Of a stretch of 6,719 nucleotides of DNA, positions 5,964-6,719 are shown piece by piece. Position 1 is the stretch's first letter, and the number at the start of each line of letters is the position of its first letter. Made by a program: the position numbers and the translations under genes. The stretch is from Octopus sinensis (lineage: Eukaryota): contig NW_021829258.1 in NCBI RefSeq assembly GCF_006345805.1, positions 1-6,719 of the forward strand, given 5' to 3'. The notes beneath the pieces are model-generated. The model was not told where the DNA came from. It saw only the letters and a program-made list of their open reading frames with translations, and did no database searches.

Positions 5964-6508
5964 CCCTTTAGCATGTAAACTGGCCCTATCCTACCCAAAT
6001 ACTCTACTTGTTTTATGCTCAATCTATCCTGATCTGACCCCTTGCGTCTACCCTACAATGTCATTCTAGAATTATACAATTTCATCACCAAAACATGGAA
6101 GCTATGAGACAATGCATGATTAATTCAAAACAGTGTGAATAAATAAGCATTACATTTTACAGAGTTATCATCATCGTTTAACGTCCGTTTTCCATGCTGG
6201 CATGGGTTGGATGGTTCGACCGGGGTCTGGGAAGCCAGGAGGCTGCACCAGGCTCCAGTCTGATCTGGCAGTGTTTCTACAGCTGGATGCCCTTCCTAAC
6301 GCCAACCACTCCATGAGTGTAGTGGGTGCTTTTTACGTGCCACCAGCACAGGTACCAGGGGAGGCTGACAACGGCCACGATCGGTTGGTGCTTTTTATGT
6401 GCCACCAGCACAGAAGCCAGTCAAGGTGGCACAGGCATAGACCACATACGGATGTTTCTTATTATGTGCCACCGGCACAGGTGCCAGGGTAGGCTGAATG
6501 TTAAACGG
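5964..6508. mobile_element. Putative TTAA-targeting (piggyBac-like) MITE, ~215 bp of own sequence, interrupted by C3
   Basis: TTAA (5960-5963) + CCCTTTAGCAT (5964-5974) at the left; ATGTTAAACGG (6498-6508, 9/11 inverted match) + TTAT (6509-6512) at the right. Removing it restores a colinear SINE A3. Confidence 0.75.
6167..6497 (-). mobile_element. 5'-truncated RTE-like 3' UTR fragment (copy C3, same subfamily as C1)
   Basis: (ATC)3 tail at 6167-6175; high similarity to 3331-3637; UTR repeat units at 6325, 6387 and ~6454. Confidence 0.9.
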
Positions 6509-6512
6509 TTAT

Positions 6513-6552
6513 GGCAATGCCCCAGCATGGTCACAGTCCAATACCTGAAACG
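6513..6552 (+). mobile_element. SINE A3 right portion (3' tail)
   Basis: ggcaatgccccagcatggtcacagtccaatacctgaaac aligns with ggcagtgctccagcatggccgcagtcaaatgactgaaac, the reverse complement of 750-788. Confidence 0.8.
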
Positions 6553-6719
6553 AGGGGCTGTGTGGTAAGTAGCTTGCTAACCAACCACATGGTTCTGGGT
6601 TCAGTCCCACTGCGTGGCATCTTGGGCAAGTGTCTTCTGCTATAGCCCCGGGCCGACCAATGCCTTGTGAGTGGATTTCGTAGACGGAAACTGAAAGAAA
6701 CCTGTTGTATATATGTATA
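6553..6719 (+). mobile_element. SINE family A (copy A4), running off the window end
   Basis: Closely matches the reverse complement of 929-1075 and enters the internal microsatellite at ~6708. Confidence 0.92.
6556..6608 (+). promoter_or_regulatory. Internal RNA polymerase III type-2 promoter-like A and B boxes of SINE A4
   Basis: GGCTGTGTGG (6556-6565) and GGTTCAGTCCC (6598-6608) at tRNA-like spacing. Activity unknown. Confidence 0.6.

Noticed and set aside
6553-6625. Functional tRNA gene (likewise the other A/B-box heads)
   Set aside because: I could not build a canonical cloverleaf, and each head continues into a repeated SINE body. tRNAscan-SE would be expected to give no call or a pseudogene call.

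Overview
Eukaryotic, gene-free window made almost entirely of interspersed repeats and microsatellites. The repeat families look to me like those of octopus/cephalopod genomes (recall, not a database result). No real protein-coding gene is supported: the listed ORFs come from microsatellites, SINE sequence or a 66-bp tandem array. Using my own labels, I resolve tRNA-headed SINE families A, B and E; a chimeric SINE D (A core plus RTE-type tail); 5'-truncated 3' ends of an RTE-like LINE (family C, two copies retaining the last codons of the ORF); a hAT-type MITE; and a TTAA/piggyBac-type MITE. Several are nested. The most notable structures are (1) a 184-bp-period SINE-B trimer inside one perfect 16-bp TSD, with both junctions at the loop edge of a head hairpin, (2) a SINE > MITE > LINE three-level nest, (3) a 3x66-bp higher-order array in the LINE 3' UTR, and (4) module sharing among the SINE families.
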